IMG/VR virus record: IMGVR_UViG_3300026493_000016
Span: 1 to 64,000 of that record
Reading direction: 5' to 3' (one strand)
DNA length: 64,000 bases
From: a virus
Made by a program: the position numbers and the translations under genes. Below, one piece after another: positions 56,105-64,000 of the stretch (within the stretch, counting starts at the first letter, position 1; each line of letters opens with the position of its first letter). The notes under the pieces are model-generated. The model had not been told where the DNA came from. It was given only the letters and a program-made list of their open reading frames with translations, and searched no databases.

Positions 56105-56451
56105 TATTTAATCCTCCCAACAATTTTACACATATACTTACAATCATAATCGCTCGGTTCGAAACCAACATGGATATCGTGATTAGAGTCAACGAAAGCC
56201 CATTGAGAGATAAATCTCGTTGCGTTTATGTTAGCCACTGTACGTTTACCATATCCGAACGCATTAGCGAAATCATTGCCGCTAATGTGGTACATGTACT
56301 CACCTTCTTTAAAACTATTAAGTTTAACCGCTAGACCCTCCACTTGCATCGCAGCTCTAGCTTGGTTCCATGTACACATTGCGTCTTCGCCTTCTTGTTT
56401 CTTACGTAGGTAGTGTGTTTCCCATTTCCCAATTAATCTTTCGTTATCCAT
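56104..56451 (-). CDS. Tad2/DUF2829-like protein (diverged)
   Basis: TWNQARAAMQ..GLAV..YMY..FANAFGYG...GFEPSDYD. Confidence 0.6.
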   Translation of the reverse strand: MDNERLIGKWETHYLRKKQEGEDAMCTWNQARAAMQVEGLAVKLNSFKEGEYMYHISGNDFANAFGYGKRTVANINATRFISQWAFVDSNHDIHVGFEPSDYDCKYMCKIVGRIK

Positions 56452-56470
56452 ATTAATCTCTCCTTATTAA

Positions 56471-56764
56471 CTATTTAACTCGCCATCCGCTTCTTTGAAT
56501 ATATCTATCAGGTTTATAACCTAGATTAATAACTTGACCGCTACTATACCATTTCTTATCTACTCTAACAACTTCTGCAATTGTATCCGCAAAAGCAGGT
56601 TCCCCTTCATACTCGCCATAACCATACCCAAAAGCTGCACATAATTTCTTGCTTGTAATCATGTAAAGGTAAGCTTTACCGTTAAACGACTCATGTTCAA
56701 CGGTATGTCCTTGTTTTAACAAAGTTTTAGCTTGGTCCCAATCTAGATTAAATTGCTCACTCAT
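56471..56764 (-). CDS. Tad2/DUF2829-like anti-defence sponge protein
   Basis: WDQAKTLLKQGHTV..SFNGKAYLYM..LCAAFGYGYGEYEGEPAF resembles recalled SPO1 Tad2 FGEALEVLKQG..WNGKNMFLF..LASDFGFGFGEYINEPVF. Confidence 0.7.
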   Translation of the reverse strand: MSEQFNLDWDQAKTLLKQGHTVEHESFNGKAYLYMITSKKLCAAFGYGYGEYEGEPAFADTIAEVVRVDKKWYSSGQVINLGYKPDRYIQRSGWRVK

Positions 56765-57063
56765 ACGGTAACCCCTCTGTCCGTTAAGAACTTCTCATAG
56801 TTTTCATAAGAGTAGATGAATTTAACTTCTACGAAAGAGAAGTCATCACCGACTAACTCATCTAATTCGTCATCCTCGATAATAGCTCTTGCATAGTGTG
56901 TGAACTCGCTATGTCTATCCCATCCATGTTTGACAATCTCACCTTCATTTAAAATAATAGTCCCGATACCACTTTTAGTGCTTTTTAGAATGTACTCTTC
57001 TTGCTCCTTCTCAACTAAAGCCTCTTGTCGGTCTGTCTCAGTAATAATTCTTAACATGTCCAT
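56761..57063 (-). CDS. Acidic hypothetical protein
   Basis: 100 aa, AGGAGG RBS. Confidence 0.7.
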   Translation of the reverse strand: MDMLRIITETDRQEALVEKEQEEYILKSTKSGIGTIILNEGEIVKHGWDRHSEFTHYARAIIEDDELDELVGDDFSFVEVKFIYSYENYEKFLTDRGVTV

Positions 57064-57175
57064 TCCTCCTAATATATTTATTGGTGTACCAAACCCACCA
57101 GAACAGAGTCTAGTCAGTATTCCAGTGAGCTACTAGTGACTTGAGTTTAGTATAGCATGACTTATTTAACCCCCG

Positions 57176-57475
57176 TTAATTGTTCTCACTCTTCTTTTCC
57201 CCCTTAAACTTTATATGATAGATAAGCATATCACGGTTGTCAAACTTAACTGTAATAGTCGAACCTTCTTGAATAGCCTTGAACTGGCTGTCTTGGATTT
57301 TAAGTTCCAATTTAACATCTGTACCTTCTACCGTAATCGTGCTGTAACGAGCTCTAGCTGTCGAGTAGTTCTTACCAACAACCTTAACATCCTCAAGTGT
57401 AGTTACATAATTATCAGTCTCACAACCTATTAATAGTGTAGCACACAAAACTAGTAAAGTCAATAATTTTTTCAT
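57176..57475 (-). CDS. Putative lipoprotein (OB-like)
   Basis: MKKLLTLLVLCATLLIG-C lipobox. Confidence 0.75.
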   Translation of the reverse strand: MKKLLTLLVLCATLLIGCETDNYVTTLEDVKVVGKNYSTARARYSTITVEGTDVKLELKIQDSQFKAIQEGSTITVKFDNRDMLIYHIKFKGEKKSENN

Positions 57476-57741
57476 AGTTTAGCATCCTTCTTTCGTAGTG
57501 GGATACCCGCTTGGTCTAACGCACCTTTAGCATTATCTACACAATTCCGAAGTTGCTCCTTATACAAATTAATACATTGTTGTGGAAACATAACCTCACC
57601 CATCTCAGAGTAGAACCCTACCCATCGCTTACGACGCGCAATGTTCTTCATCGTAGCTGTTAGGATATCTACTTGGTTTCTAGCCTCATCACGCTCTTTA
57701 GTTAATAACTCTACCATTTCTTCTAATTGCTGCTGTCTCAT
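57472..57741 (-). CDS. Hypothetical protein
   Basis: 89 aa. Confidence 0.7.
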   Translation of the reverse strand: MRQQQLEEMVELLTKERDEARNQVDILTATMKNIARRKRWVGFYSEMGEVMFPQQCINLYKEQLRNCVDNAKGALDQAGIPLRKKDAKL

Positions 57742-58052
57742 TGTGCTGCCTCCAGTTCTGGTTTAATAGCTCTAGCCTTGTCCCACATCATTCTAATAAT
57801 CTTTCCTCTAGTTAGCCCCTCACACTCTAGCTGAAATGTCATATTGCTAGAATGACTTTTATAGTAACCTTGTAGATTCGTATCATCCGCAGACAATACT
57901 AGCGCGAACACGCCCCCAATATCATAAGATTTAACAGTCTCATCGAGTACGTGCCTACGGTAATAAGCATCGTCCTCTTTCTCCCAACGTTGATACATTC
58001 TATCTCTATAAGTCAACCTAAATCGCTCCCTCCATATAGTTCCTCTTGACAA
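57738..58052 (-). CDS. Hypothetical protein
   Basis: ORF track; start uncertain. Confidence 0.6.
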   Translation of the reverse strand: MSRGTIWRERFRLTYRDRMYQRWEKEDDAYYRRHVLDETVKSYDIGGVFALVLSADDTNLQGYYKSHSSNMTFQLECEGLTRGKIIRMMWDKARAIKPELEAAQ

Positions 58053-58255
58053 AAGATTTCAAAAGCGTATAAGATATAGTCTTTATGATATCCCTTCACA
58101 CTCAACTCTATTATCTTATCAACATGCTTCTTTTCCTTTATCATATACCCGTTGTACTTAATACCTGTATAAAAGTCGAATGGTTTTCTAGTAACCCCAA
58201 CATATGTCATTCCCTCTACTTGTGGTACATCTTTTTTGAAGATGATGTTACTCAT
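58013..58255 (-). CDS. Hypothetical protein
   Basis: 80 aa. Confidence 0.65.
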   Translation of the reverse strand: MSNIIFKKDVPQVEGMTYVGVTRKPFDFYTGIKYNGYMIKEKKHVDKIIELSVKGYHKDYILYAFEIFCQEELYGGSDLG

Positions 58256-58590
58256 TAGAATTCGTCCCTTGGAATGTTATTTACATGGACAACATGTAGG
58301 TCGTTAGCCTCATCTGATAGCTCATTATGGTAGTCGTCCTCCGTCATGTCGCGAGAACCTTCAATGTAATCGTCGAATATTGATACAATTTTGCGAACTG
58401 GTTCAATAGATAGTTCTAACTCTTTCATTGTACAATTAACCTTCACAGAGTGCTTGTCCATATGTTCTTTAGCGTTAGCCATCTTCTTACGCAGCTTGTC
58501 CCACTCTGCAAACTCCCAATCCGGCGTGCTTAGTAGCTTTTCGTATAAATCAAAGATAGCTTGTACATGTCCTGCGTTTACGATTTTCAT
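58255..58590 (-). CDS. Hypothetical protein
   Basis: 111 aa. Confidence 0.7.
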   Translation of the reverse strand: MKIVNAGHVQAIFDLYEKLLSTPDWEFAEWDKLRKKMANAKEHMDKHSVKVNCTMKELELSIEPVRKIVSIFDDYIEGSRDMTEDDYHNELSDEANDLHVVHVNNIPRDEF

Positions 58591-58759
58591 TATAACATTA
58601 CCCCCGTCATGTTAATGTATGGCGTTGTTGCCTCGTCAATTGCATCATCTACTAATTCCCTAACAGCCTCTTGTGCGTCTAAAGGCAGACTCTCGATAAA
58701 CTCATCAATATCCTTAAAGAAACTACCTTGACCATCCTCTTTTAAATCGATGTATACCA

Positions 58760-59134
58760 TTATACAGCCCTCCCTAAAGATACAATCACTTTATTACTAT
58801 TCTCCAACTCTAGTATATTAAGTCTAACACCTGTTAACATGGCATCATATGCTCGTTGGAACACCTCTAAATGTTCTCTTGTAACTTTCACTGGTGTACC
58901 ATTAATAAGATGCGCGAACATGTTATGAACGATGAACATTTTCTCTTGGTAATTAATCTTAGAAATAACTCCTATCTCTTTAGCACTCATCTCGTAGTCC
59001 GTCTTAAAGTTCTTCAGCTCGTACATCATGTCACTCTCATCGACAATCTCTAGCGCATGCTCCTTGTCACGCGCTTTTATAGTCCTAGTAATTTCTGCTG
59101 TCATTTTACATGTGAAATATTTAAGTTCACTCAT
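58760..59134 (-). CDS. Hypothetical protein
   Basis: 124 aa. Confidence 0.7.
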   Translation of the reverse strand: MSELKYFTCKMTAEITRTIKARDKEHALEIVDESDMMYELKNFKTDYEMSAKEIGVISKINYQEKMFIVHNMFAHLINGTPVKVTREHLEVFQRAYDAMLTGVRLNILELENSNKVIVSLGRAV

Positions 59135-59316
59135 TGCTTGTCCATCCTTTCTTTTACCGCTCTAAAGTAATTGTATAAGTGGATAATCCCTCTGTCCGTG
59201 TAATCTTCAAAGTTATCGGGCAGCCCTAGCTGGGTTACCCGATTCATTTGTACACAGAACATGATAGCTTCTTCCCTTGAACACCCGATAGATGACATAG
59301 GATACAACGTACTCAT
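59131..59316 (-). CDS. Hypothetical protein
   Basis: 61 aa. Confidence 0.65.
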   Translation of the reverse strand: MSTLYPMSSIGCSREEAIMFCVQMNRVTQLGLPDNFEDYTDRGIIHLYNYFRAVKERMDKQ

Positions 59317-59867
59317 TACTTCACTCCATTCCCCATCTCCGCCATTACATCTCCGGTTTCATTAATGATTTGTAATGTGATTTGATGTGTCTTTGCTTTA
59401 CCTCCGTGAAAACGGTCATTCATTTCGTCTAATACGTATGATACATCTTTCGCTACCGCTGCTGCATACTCTTTGTGGATGATTGGTTTAATCCCATCAA
59501 TCCGTTCTACAGCTCGAAAGTTAACAGATAATTGGATTGTGTTCTCATCTGGAACAATCCACTCAATGTTATATTTACTTGCTTCTGGCTTTCTGTCTGC
59601 GTTCAGTGCATTTTCTAGTACTTTTGTATTGTTAGCTTCCGCAATGAGGTTCTCCGCCTTCTGAAGCGCCTCTCTGTCCTTATCTGTGACCTCGTTCTTC
59701 TTGTGCAGTGAGCTACTATAGTTTGTGTCTACTGTATCTCCCGCGTTATGTGGTACAAGGGTTTGTGCAGCGCTACCTCCGTACGTATACACACCTACCA
59801 CTAAAGTTGTAACTACTACTGTTGCCTTGAGTGTAAAGTTTACGAATCCTTTTCTGAACTTAAACAT
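59316..59867 (-). CDS. Exported or membrane-anchored protein
   Basis: N-terminal basic + hydrophobic signal, 183 aa. Confidence 0.7.
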   Translation of the reverse strand: MFKFRKGFVNFTLKATVVVTTLVVGVYTYGGSAAQTLVPHNAGDTVDTNYSSSLHKKNEVTDKDREALQKAENLIAEANNTKVLENALNADRKPEASKYNIEWIVPDENTIQLSVNFRAVERIDGIKPIIHKEYAAAVAKDVSYVLDEMNDRFHGGKAKTHQITLQIINETGDVMAEMGNGVK

Positions 59868-60448
59868 TTTTTATCTTCCTCCAATAAGAAATATCCGAAT
59901 TTTAGTAACCGAATATTAACTCTTTCTCGGTCCTTTGTGTCATTATACTCGATAATCACGTCGGTGTCAATACCTAAGTCTGTATGTTTTAATCGTTCAA
60001 CAATTTTCACTTCTCTTCCTTTATATGTTGCTTTAGGGTCAACACCGAATAATTGCCCACTGAAGTCGATACGATAGTATCCTTCAAACTCTTGGTTGAA
60101 GTCTATCAAGTTAACTCCTACCTCCGGCTCTTCCTTTACTATAAGAGATTTGATATATTCGTGAACCTCTTCTGCTACCTCTTGACTTGCCCAGTAGAAG
60201 TTAACATCACACTTACGTCCCATTTGCGTCGAGAATGCCATCGGCTTATCATCGAAGAAGTAAACTTGGAATCCTACGATTGTATCTGTACAGTACCAGT
60301 TTGCTAACCAATAAGATGTAATTCGGCAATCTTCCGGCTCACTAATGTAATCTTCCCAGATTTGAAACTCACTAGCAATCTCACTTAAGTCTAACCATCC
60401 GCTACCCTTTGATTTGTCAACTCTGTCGAAAATGTGTTTTGCGTTCAT
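59840..60448 (-). CDS. Hypothetical protein
   Basis: 202 aa; promoter TTGCAA-17-TAAGAT at 60494-60522. Confidence 0.75.
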   Translation of the reverse strand: MNAKHIFDRVDKSKGSGWLDLSEIASEFQIWEDYISEPEDCRITSYWLANWYCTDTIVGFQVYFFDDKPMAFSTQMGRKCDVNFYWASQEVAEEVHEYIKSLIVKEEPEVGVNLIDFNQEFEGYYRIDFSGQLFGVDPKATYKGREVKIVERLKHTDLGIDTDVIIEYNDTKDRERVNIRLLKFGYFLLEEDKKCLSSEKDS

Positions 60449-60529
60449 AACTTAATTCCCCCTAGTAATTTGTTGTTCTCTTAACTTGTCTTTATCTTAT
60501 CATAGGTAAAACTAGATTGCAACACTTTT

Positions 60530-60564
60530 ATAAAAAAAAATAGCCCACTATTTCTAGTGAGCTA
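60530..60564 (-). terminator. Rho-independent terminator
   Basis: TAGCTCACTAGAAATAGTGGGCTA followed by T9. Confidence 0.8.
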
Positions 60565-60575
60565 CTACAACCGTA

Positions 60576-60998
60576 TTAAATTCCTAACTTAGCAGAAATG
60601 TCTCCTAGTTTACGGTCTGCTTTCATTTCTTCAGATAACATACCATCGATTTCCTTAGAACCTGCCTCTAGCTCTTCACGCTCCTTCTTAAGGTTGTGCT
60701 TATTGATGATAGTTGCAATATCTTGCATCCAATCCATAATAGGGAATCCAGCAAACTTATACGTATATTGAACCTTAAGGTCCTTAGCCGAGATATGATG
60801 CATGTTAAGTTGTACTTGCACCTCACGCAGCTTATCAACGGATAGTGTATGGAAGTTTAACTTCTCCCCGTATAATGTAAGACTACATGGAGTCTTGAAG
60901 TCTGGTACATTAGATAAAGCTAGCTCAATAGCGTTTAATTTGTGCTTAATACTAGTCTGCATTCCTACAATTTTAGCATCTTGTTTAGTTTGAATCAT
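60576..60998 (-). CDS. Hypothetical protein
   Basis: 140 aa, AAGGGAG RBS. Confidence 0.75.
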   Translation of the reverse strand: MIQTKQDAKIVGMQTSIKHKLNAIELALSNVPDFKTPCSLTLYGEKLNFHTLSVDKLREVQVQLNMHHISAKDLKVQYTYKFAGFPIMDWMQDIATIINKHNLKKEREELEAGSKEIDGMLSEEMKADRKLGDISAKLGI

Positions 60999-61019
60999 TA
61001 TAAATCTCTCCCTTTAATT

Positions 61020-62246
61020 TTATCGGTATTGGCTTTCTGCGCCAACTTCTTCGGCTAAACCTTTATTCATTTCTTTACTTCCACCATAAACTTTGTACGG
61101 CTTACCAGATGCATGACGAACAAGTAACGCATAAGGTTTGTATTCATTAGCTAGTTTCTCACGAAGTGCATTCTCTGTTAGTGAGTAAGTGCACCCCATA
61201 CTCTCATGACCACCTAAAACACAAGTCTTACAGATTGCATACTCATACTCAGGCTCTTGAGGTGTGTCTTTATGTCTAATCGTATACTGGTACTTTTGTC
61301 TACGTTCTACTCGATAGTGATACTTAGCTGCTTCTGGTCCTTCTAGATGGAACGCGAATGAATCAGCACTCTTATACCCGACATACGAAGCTAGGTAAGA
61401 CATGATATCCTCCACATCAATCTCGTAGTACTCAGGTTCCCAAATTTTTACCTCACTAGCTTCATAACTAGTATCTAGTAACTCTTGAAACGGGGTGAAA
61501 TCCTGTACACAGCCCCAATCAGCTTCCTCACAGAAGAAGTTTTTAACATTAGAACGTGTTACGATACGCCACTCTTTGTCAGACCATGAATACTTCTTAG
61601 CGAAGAACCATTGCTTTGCTTTAGTTCCATAGACGTTCTTACGACGCTGCTCCTCATCCTTCCAACCATACGATGAGTTAGATGGGTAGCTATACTTAGT
61701 GAACCTACCAAGGTAAACCCATTCCTCTTGATTCTTTGTATCAATATACGTGTATCCAATCTTAAGGTCCTTAGGTTCCACAAACTCTAGTTTCTTAATT
61801 ACAGCGGAGTATGCAGACATAGTTTGATAGACATCAGATTCTACTGGAAGTAAGTACAGCTGCTGCCCTTCCCATGCTAGAATCAACTTACCTTCAATAC
61901 CTTTACCTTTCGTTACGCTACAGTGTGCTAGGATAAACATGAGGTTGTCCAAGTCAATCTCAAACTCGAAACCTTCTGGGTGCCACACACGAATGAATGC
62001 TTTACGCTCACTCCATTTAGGTACACCTCCCCCAGAACGGTTAATAACAAATCCTTCAGTAGGTACGTTATCTAGCTCCATGATACCTAATTCTTCTCTA
62101 ATCCAACCTTTCCAACTATTCTCTTTACGCAACACTCCTTTCTCATCATAGTAAGTGATGTAGCTAAGTTTACCAGAGTACGTATCGCTACGACTCTGGA
62201 AACCTACTTTTAACTTATCAGGGATATACATTTTAGACACTGGCAA
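61020..62246 (-). CDS. Large hypothetical phage protein
   Basis: 408 aa; IPDKLKVGFQSRSDTYSGKLSY...DNVPTEGF. Confidence 0.8.
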   Translation of the reverse strand: MPVSKMYIPDKLKVGFQSRSDTYSGKLSYITYYDEKGVLRKENSWKGWIREELGIMELDNVPTEGFVINRSGGGVPKWSERKAFIRVWHPEGFEFEIDLDNLMFILAHCSVTKGKGIEGKLILAWEGQQLYLLPVESDVYQTMSAYSAVIKKLEFVEPKDLKIGYTYIDTKNQEEWVYLGRFTKYSYPSNSSYGWKDEEQRRKNVYGTKAKQWFFAKKYSWSDKEWRIVTRSNVKNFFCEEADWGCVQDFTPFQELLDTSYEASEVKIWEPEYYEIDVEDIMSYLASYVGYKSADSFAFHLEGPEAAKYHYRVERRQKYQYTIRHKDTPQEPEYEYAICKTCVLGGHESMGCTYSLTENALREKLANEYKPYALLVRHASGKPYKVYGGSKEMNKGLAEEVGAESQYR

Positions 62247-62550
62247 TCGTCAACTCCTCTAACAATAGTTTAACAGGGACAACATTAAATGTATCATCAA
62301 TCTCTGATAATAGAATTGTATTATCTACATGACCGCCATCCCATCTAACAGTCGTAATAACAAGCCTTGTGTCATTGTACTCGTTGACGATACCGTATTC
62401 CTCTTCCCATCTCATTGCTACCGGACCGGATGTGTATGTTTGAATGAGTACAGGAGACCCTACTGAAAAATGGTCCTTATTGAATACCTCTTTCGTCGTT
62501 GTTACTTTACCCTCTACAAAATACTTTGCGTCTACATGTGGTTTTTCCAT
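62233..62550 (-). CDS. Hypothetical protein
   Basis: 105 aa. Confidence 0.7.
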   Translation of the reverse strand: MEKPHVDAKYFVEGKVTTTKEVFNKDHFSVGSPVLIQTYTSGPVAMRWEEEYGIVNEYNDTRLVITTVRWDGGHVDNTILLSEIDDTFNVVPVKLLLEELTIASV

Positions 62551-62562
62551 TATTTCTCCCCC

Positions 62563-62784
62563 TTAATAGATTTCGTTATACATTACTTGTAATGCTGATT
62601 GCATTGCGTAGTCTGCGGAGATGATATCTCGACCTAGACTAATAATATGACTCGCATCCGCATCTCTTTCGATTGCATCTTTAAGCTCCTCGTGCAAATC
62701 TTTCCACTCTTGATAGATTTCACTGTATTCCCTAATCGAGTCTAACATATTACCCCTCCACTGGCTGGTACGTATCAAACGCAT
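62563..62784 (-). CDS. Hypothetical protein (likely start MLDSIRE)
   Basis: GGAGGGG RBS. Confidence 0.6.
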   Translation of the reverse strand: MRLIRTSQWRGNMLDSIREYSEIYQEWKDLHEELKDAIERDADASHIISLGRDIISADYAMQSALQVMYNEIY

Positions 62785-62959
62785 CCATACCTGTTTTCTC
62801 TGCTGTACGATACATCTGGTAAGCTAGTATTTCTAGTTGGTCATCTGTAAAGTCTACCAATAACGCTTTGATTCGTTCGTAAGACGCCCCGTATCCGTGA
62901 CGTGTCATGTTCCAAGCTAACACCTCTGCTGGTGTTTCTGGCATCATATCTGTGTTCAT
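62750..62959 (-). CDS. Hypothetical protein
   Basis: 69 aa, GAGGAG RBS. Confidence 0.65.
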   Translation of the reverse strand: MNTDMMPETPAEVLAWNMTRHGYGASYERIKALLVDFTDDQLEILAYQMYRTAEKTGMDAFDTYQPVEG

Positions 62960-63121
62960 TCTACCACTCCTCTTCCCAATCTACATTTGTTAGTCCCCAA
63001 GTCTGTTCATACGCCCATTGTGCGCTCTCCAATACTTGCTCCATCTCGTGACCTACTATACTTTCGATAACAAATGAACCAACTTCTACGTTATCCACAT
63101 AAGCTACACATTTTACATCCC

Positions 63122-63862
63122 TTACTTGAAACATTCTTCAACCTCCACTACCTTAAACCCTAAAGACCTGACAGCTCCCATGTGTTCTACCATTCCTTTA
63201 TCTAAGTGCATACAATACACACGTTGTCGTAAATCTCTATCAGGGATAGCCTCTACTAGGTTAGTTAGCGATAAGTGAACATTCCCTTCGTAGTGTAACC
63301 AGCTCGTATCTTGATAGATGTAATCAAACTTGTTGACAATCGTCGGCTTCTTAACGAACCAAGGTAGTGTACTAGTGTCACCGCTATAATAGATTGTCTT
63401 ATCACCGATTTCGATAACATACCCATAAGATAGAATCTCCTTTACGTGTTTTTGTGGTACCGCTATGAGTTTAATATCATTATAACCTTCGAACTTCATA
63501 TCAATGTTATTATCGAAGTTTCTAGGATGATAATAATCTGTTGTACATCCTGCTTTTTCTAAAACTTCTTTTAGTTTAATGTCGTAAGGTGAGTACACCC
63601 AGATATTCTTTTCTCCCATCACACCCATGTTAAAGTAGTTACGCATGATAAGTGTTCCCAGAGAGCCTACATGGTCGTCATGAGTATGTGTAACAATCAC
63701 GCGGATATTCGTGAACTCATCTAGAATACCGGAGTTGTCCAGTCTGTCAAATGTTACATTACCACAATCAATCAGAATTAACTCTTTTCCATATACAAAG
63801 TAAGCTGCGTTGTTTCCTTCTTTAGAATTAAATGCGCTACCTCTACCAATAAACTTTAACAA
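63122..63862 (-). CDS. Metallo-beta-lactamase-fold hydrolase (RNase Z / phosphodiesterase-like)
   Basis: LKFIGRGSAF, LIDCG, THTHDDH, YSGDT, CMHLD. Confidence 0.88.
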   Translation of the reverse strand: MLKFIGRGSAFNSKEGNNAAYFVYGKELILIDCGNVTFDRLDNSGILDEFTNIRVIVTHTHDDHVGSLGTLIMRNYFNMGVMGEKNIWVYSPYDIKLKEVLEKAGCTTDYYHPRNFDNNIDMKFEGYNDIKLIAVPQKHVKEILSYGYVIEIGDKTIYYSGDTSTLPWFVKKPTIVNKFDYIYQDTSWLHYEGNVHLSLTNLVEAIPDRDLRQRVYCMHLDKGMVEHMGAVRSLGFKVVEVEECFK

Positions 63863-64000
63863 GCTAATCCCTCCTATTTAATTTCGTTGTAAGCTTTAGC
63901 GAATACAGGAATCATAAGAAGTATCGAAATGACTACAGAGATAAGTCCGATTACGATGGCGCTTTGACGTAATGATTCATCATCACTAGTAATAGCTACC

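Noticed and set aside
62750-62959. Internal MTRH as another tag-family member
   Set aside because: Motif is internal and lacks the RN(R/K)Q part; likely chance.

Overview
A 64-kb segment of a large lytic Bacillus myovirus (Herelleviridae, Bastille/SPO1-like; the amidase+SH3 endolysin suggests a B. cereus-group host). It has five parts. (1) 1-7.2 kb, minus strand: head module (major capsid, probable scaffold, prohead protease, portal) and an 800-bp intergenic region with a probable structured sRNA. (2) 7.3-15.1 kb, plus strand: terminase small subunit, a mini-paralog of the terminase ATPase motif, terminase large subunit split by a group I intron (9486-10580) carrying a homing endonuclease, two fibre-like proteins and the endolysin. 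(3) 15.2-38.5 kb: the PRS-like + NAMPT-like pair (NARP1-type NAD+ reconstitution), ThyA, dNMP kinase, DHFR and many small paralogous hypothetical genes. (4) 39.6-41.3 kb: a non-coding tract with about 23 copies of an AATTGTCAGA(A/C)TATT motif resembling CodY boxes. (5) 41.3-64 kb, minus strand: early host-takeover-like genes in repeated promoter cassettes, including an Ocr-like DNA mimic, two Tad2-like proteins and a 139-aa protein made of DNA polymerase, RecA and NTPase catalytic motifs. The most unusual observations are that motif-mosaic protein with the mini-terminase ORF, the anti-Shine-Dalgarno multi-hairpin sRNA, the CodY-like box array and a family of proteins sharing an MTRHTRNRQ N-terminus. 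All homology calls come from recalled motifs and no searches were run.
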